Assembly (NCBI GenBank): GCA_963843845.1
Contig: CAWJMB010000002.1
Span: 1,248,001 to 1,312,000 of the forward strand
Direction: 5' to 3'
Length of the DNA stretch: 64,000 bases
Origin: an uncultured Gemmatimonadaceae bacterium
Lineage (GTDB): Bacteria; Gemmatimonadota; Gemmatimonadetes; Gemmatimonadales; Gemmatimonadaceae
Positions 61,240 through 64,000 of this stretch are shown here, piece by piece. The translations under genes and the position numbers were made by a program. Under the pieces are notes generated by a model. It had not been told where the DNA came from, did not search any database, and was given only the letters and a program-made list of their open reading frames with translations. Numbering within the stretch: the stretch's first letter is position 1; each line of letters opens with the position of its first letter.

Positions 61240-62413
61240 ACGGCGCCGCGCGACCGCTCGCCGGCGTGGTAGCGCGCGAGCCACGCCGCGCTCCAGCGCG
61301 TCGAACGTGCCGGCGGCGATCGCCGCGCCGCGCGTCGCGCATGAGCGCGACGAGGAAATGTACATTGTGCAGGCTGAGGAGGCGCAGCCCGAGCATCTCG
61401 TCGGCCACGACGAGGTGCCGGAGGTAGGCGCGCGAGAAGCGGGCGCAGGCCGCGCAGCTCGCACTCCGTCGTCGAGCGGCGCGGGGTCGGCGCGGAAGTC
61501 GCGCGTTGCTGATGTTGAGGCGGCCGTCCTGCGTGAGCACCGCGCCCGTTGCGCCCCATCCGCGTCGGCGCGACGCAGTCGAACAGGTCGACGCCGCGCC
61601 GCACCGCCCTCCACGAGATCCTCGGGGAAGCCGACGCCCATGAGGTAGCGCGGGCGGTCGGCCGGCAGCGCCTCGTGCACGACGTCGAGCATGCGCGTAC
61701 ATGTCGGGCTTCGCCTCGCCGACCGACAGCCCGCCGATGCCGTAGCCGATCCAGTCGCCCATGTCGCGGATGCCGCGCGCCGACGCCTCGCGCGCAGCTC
61801 GGCGTGGATGCCGCCCTGCACGATCGGGAACAGCGCCTGGTCGCGCGTCGGCGCGTCGGGGTCGTCGGCGGCGAGCCGCGCGTGCTCGGCGCGGCACCGC
61901 GCGAGCCAGCGGAGCGATGCGCTCGCATCGCGTCGCGCGCGACGATCGGCGTCGCTCTGGCCCGGGGCGACGTGGTCGAACTGCATGATGACGTCGGCGC
62001 CGAGGTTGCGCTCGATGCGCATCACGCTCTCGGCGGTGAAGCGGCGCTTCGAGCCGTCGATGTGGCTGCGGAACTCGACGCCGTCCTCGTCGATCGTGCG
62101 CAGCCCCTCGAGCGAGAACACCTGGAAGCCGCCCGAGTCGGTGAGGATCGGCCCGTCCCACGCCATGAAGCGGTGCAGCCCGCCCATCTCGCGCACCAGC
62201 TCGTCGCCCGGCCGCAGGTGCAGGTGGTACGCGTTCGAGAGGATCATCGTCGCGCCGAGCGCGCGCAGGTCGTCGGGGTCGAGCGCCTTCACCGTGGCGA
62301 GCGTGCCGACCGCCATGAACGTCGGCGTCTCGACGGCGCCGTGCGGCGTCGCGAACGTGCCGGCGCGCGCCGCGCCCCGACGAGGCGTCGGGTCGTGAAT
62401 CGAGAAGGCGCAT
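61240..62413 (-). CDS. tgt: tRNA guanosine(34) transglycosylase (frameshifted; end approximate)
   Basis: MAVGTLATVK, NAYHLHLRPG, ILTDSGGFQVFSL, IVQGG, IGGLSVGE, RYLMGVG, FDCVAPTR, YLRHL, LHN. Confidence 0.92.
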
Positions 62414-63475
62414 CACAGAATGACCATCGCGTCGCCGTACGAGTAGAAGCGATACCCCTCGCGCACGGCGACGTCGTACGCGTGCATCGTGAGCTCGTAG
62501 CCGGCGAACGCCGCGACGAGCATGAGCAGCGTCGAGCGCGGCAGGTGGAAGTTGGTGACGAGTCGGTCGACGGCGCGGAAGCGATACGCCGGGCCGGATG
62601 AACAGCGCCGTGTCGCGCGACTCGGCGCGCACGACGCCGTCCTCGCCGGCCGCGCTCTCGAGCGTGCGAGCCGACGTCGTGCCGACCGCCCAGACCTGCC
62701 CGCCGGCGCGCGCGCGCCGCGTTCACGCTCGCCGCGGCGCTCGTGCTCACGTCGTACCACTCCTCGTGCATCACGTGCTCGGCGGGGTCGTCGACCGTCG
62801 ACCGGCTTGAACGTGCCGGCTCCGACGTGCAGCACGACCTCGGCGCGCGCCACGCCGCGCGCGGCGACCGCGTCGAGCAGCTCGGGCGTGAAGTGCAGGC
62901 CGGCCGTCGGCGCCGCGACCGAGCCGCTCTCGCGCGCGTAGACGGTCTGGTAGCGTGCGACGTCGTCGTCGCCGTCGCCACGCGCGATGTACGGCGGCAG
63001 CGGCACGTGGCCGTAGCGCTCGATCGCGTCGTCGACGTCGCCGCGCGCGACCAGCCGCACGAGCCGAGTGCCGCGCCCCGTCGTTCCGAGGATCTCCACC
63101 GCGAAGTCCGGCGCGATCGTCACGCGGCGGCCGGGCCTGAGCTTCGCGCCGGGGCTCACCATCGCCTCGTACGTCGCCGGCTCGCTCGAGGCACGGAGCA
63201 GCATGACTTCCGCCGGCGCGCCCGATCGCGCGCGTGCCGAGCAGTCGCGCACGGAAGACGCGCGTCGCGTTGAGCACCATCACGTCTCCCGCCGCCATGA
63301 GCGACGGCAGGTCGGTGAACGCGCGGTGCGCGATCGTCGCCGCACCGCGGTCGACGACCATGAGCCGGCTCGCGTCGCGCCGCGCGAGCGGCGTCTGGGC
63401 GATGAGCGACGGCGGCAGCGCGAAGTCGTAGTCCGCGGTGCGCGCTCCGGGCGCGTGGGGGAAGGGTGCCGACAT
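62413..63475 (-). CDS. queA: S-adenosylmethionine:tRNA ribosyltransferase-isomerase (frameshifted)
   Basis: DYDFALP..LIAQTP, GHVPLPPYI, YQTVYA, GSVAAPTAGLHF, LHVGAGTFKP, TNFHLPRSTL, YRFYSYGDAM. Confidence 0.94.
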
Positions 63476-63559
63476 CCCTACGAAGCTAATCGCGTCCGCC
63501 TAACGCTCGGCGCGGGGTCGCCAGCTTGCCAGCGGTCCCACGCGGTCCCAACGTTGTGC

Positions 63560-64000
63560 ATGACGCTCCCTCTGCCGCACGCGCCCCCGGTCGCGCGGGC
63601 GCCCGGCCTGTGCCCCTCGTGCGACGCGACCGTCGACGCGCCGCGCTACTGCGGCTCGTGCGGCGAACGTCGCGCCGAGGACCAGCCGCGGACGGTGCGC
63701 GCGCTCGCGGACGAAGCGTGGGACGTCTTCTCGCCGGTCGACGGGCGCATCGCGCGCACGCTGTGGACGCTGATGCGCCGGCCGGGCGCGCTCGTCACCG
63801 AGTACATGCGCGGCGCGCGGCGGCGGTACGTGCCGCCGCTGCGACTCTTCGTCGTCGTGAACGTCGTGTTCTTTCTCTACGCCTCGTTCGTCGGCAACCG
63901 GATGTACGACACGCCGCTCTCCGTGCACGTCAGCGCCACGCCATACCAGGCCGTCGCGCGACGAGCGTTGCTCCGCCGAGTGCCGCCGCGAGCGGGCGAA
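63560..64000 (+). CDS. DUF3667-like zinc-ribbon membrane protein (runs off window)
   Basis: MTLP...CPSCDATVDAPRYCGSCGE...DGRIARTLWTLMRRPGALVTEYMRGARRRYVPPLRLF. Confidence 0.75.
   Translation, partial: MTLPLPHAPPVARAPGLCPSCDATVDAPRYCGSCGERRAEDQPRTVRALADEAWDVFSPVDGRIARTLWTLMRRPGALVTEYMRGARRRYVPPLRLFVVVNVVFFLYASFVGNRMYDTPLSVHVSATPYQAVARRALLRRVPPRAGE

Noticed and set aside
59215..63475. Apparent pseudogenes or programmed frameshifts in fmt, def, yajC, tgt and queA (also gltA, VWA, MFS, AAA ATPase, OmpA, glcDEF, FNR and the ABC genes)
   Set aside because: Indels cluster in blocks (about 12-13.7, 18.6-19.3, 21.7-27.5, 33.8-35.7 and 59.4-63.3 kb), hit core genes and leave motifs intact. This fits low-coverage long-read consensus error; read mapping would confirm.
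1..64000. Frequent GCGATCGC (HIP1-like) and CG-rich palindromes
   Set aside because: Readily explained by high GC and Ala-Ile-Ala codons; enrichment cannot be shown without computation

Overview
Very GC-rich bacterial chromosomal window; gene order and protein style suggest Gemmatimonadota (inference only). Several blocks carry many single-base indels that frameshift essential genes and look like sequencing errors. The left ~12 kb is accessory-looking. It holds a minus-strand, translationally coupled operon (acyl carrier protein, SerRS-like amino acid:carrier-protein ligase, beta-lactamase-fold serine hydrolase, GNAT, hexapeptide acyltransferase, formyltransferase, polysaccharide deacetylase), flanked by two AsnB-type amidotransferases, a SAM methyltransferase and a short mutY. 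This is the best candidate for an undescribed system: a tRNA-independent aminoacyl/acyl decoration pathway, probably for a surface glycan or a small metabolite. The rest is mostly housekeeping: VWA and AAA ATPase, two sensor kinases (one with a degenerate ATP-binding domain), ygfZ, OmpA, glcDEF, a sigma70 factor, aroB, pduO, tyrA, FNR, a peptide ABC transporter, tamAB, feoAB, lgt, tsaD, rpe, rsmB, fmt, def, yajC, tgt, queA. A second notable signal is the dispersed 8-mer YGTTAGGC (17 copies found by eye), which accounts for nearly all TTA codons I saw. No rRNA, tRNA, CRISPR array or mobile element was recognised.
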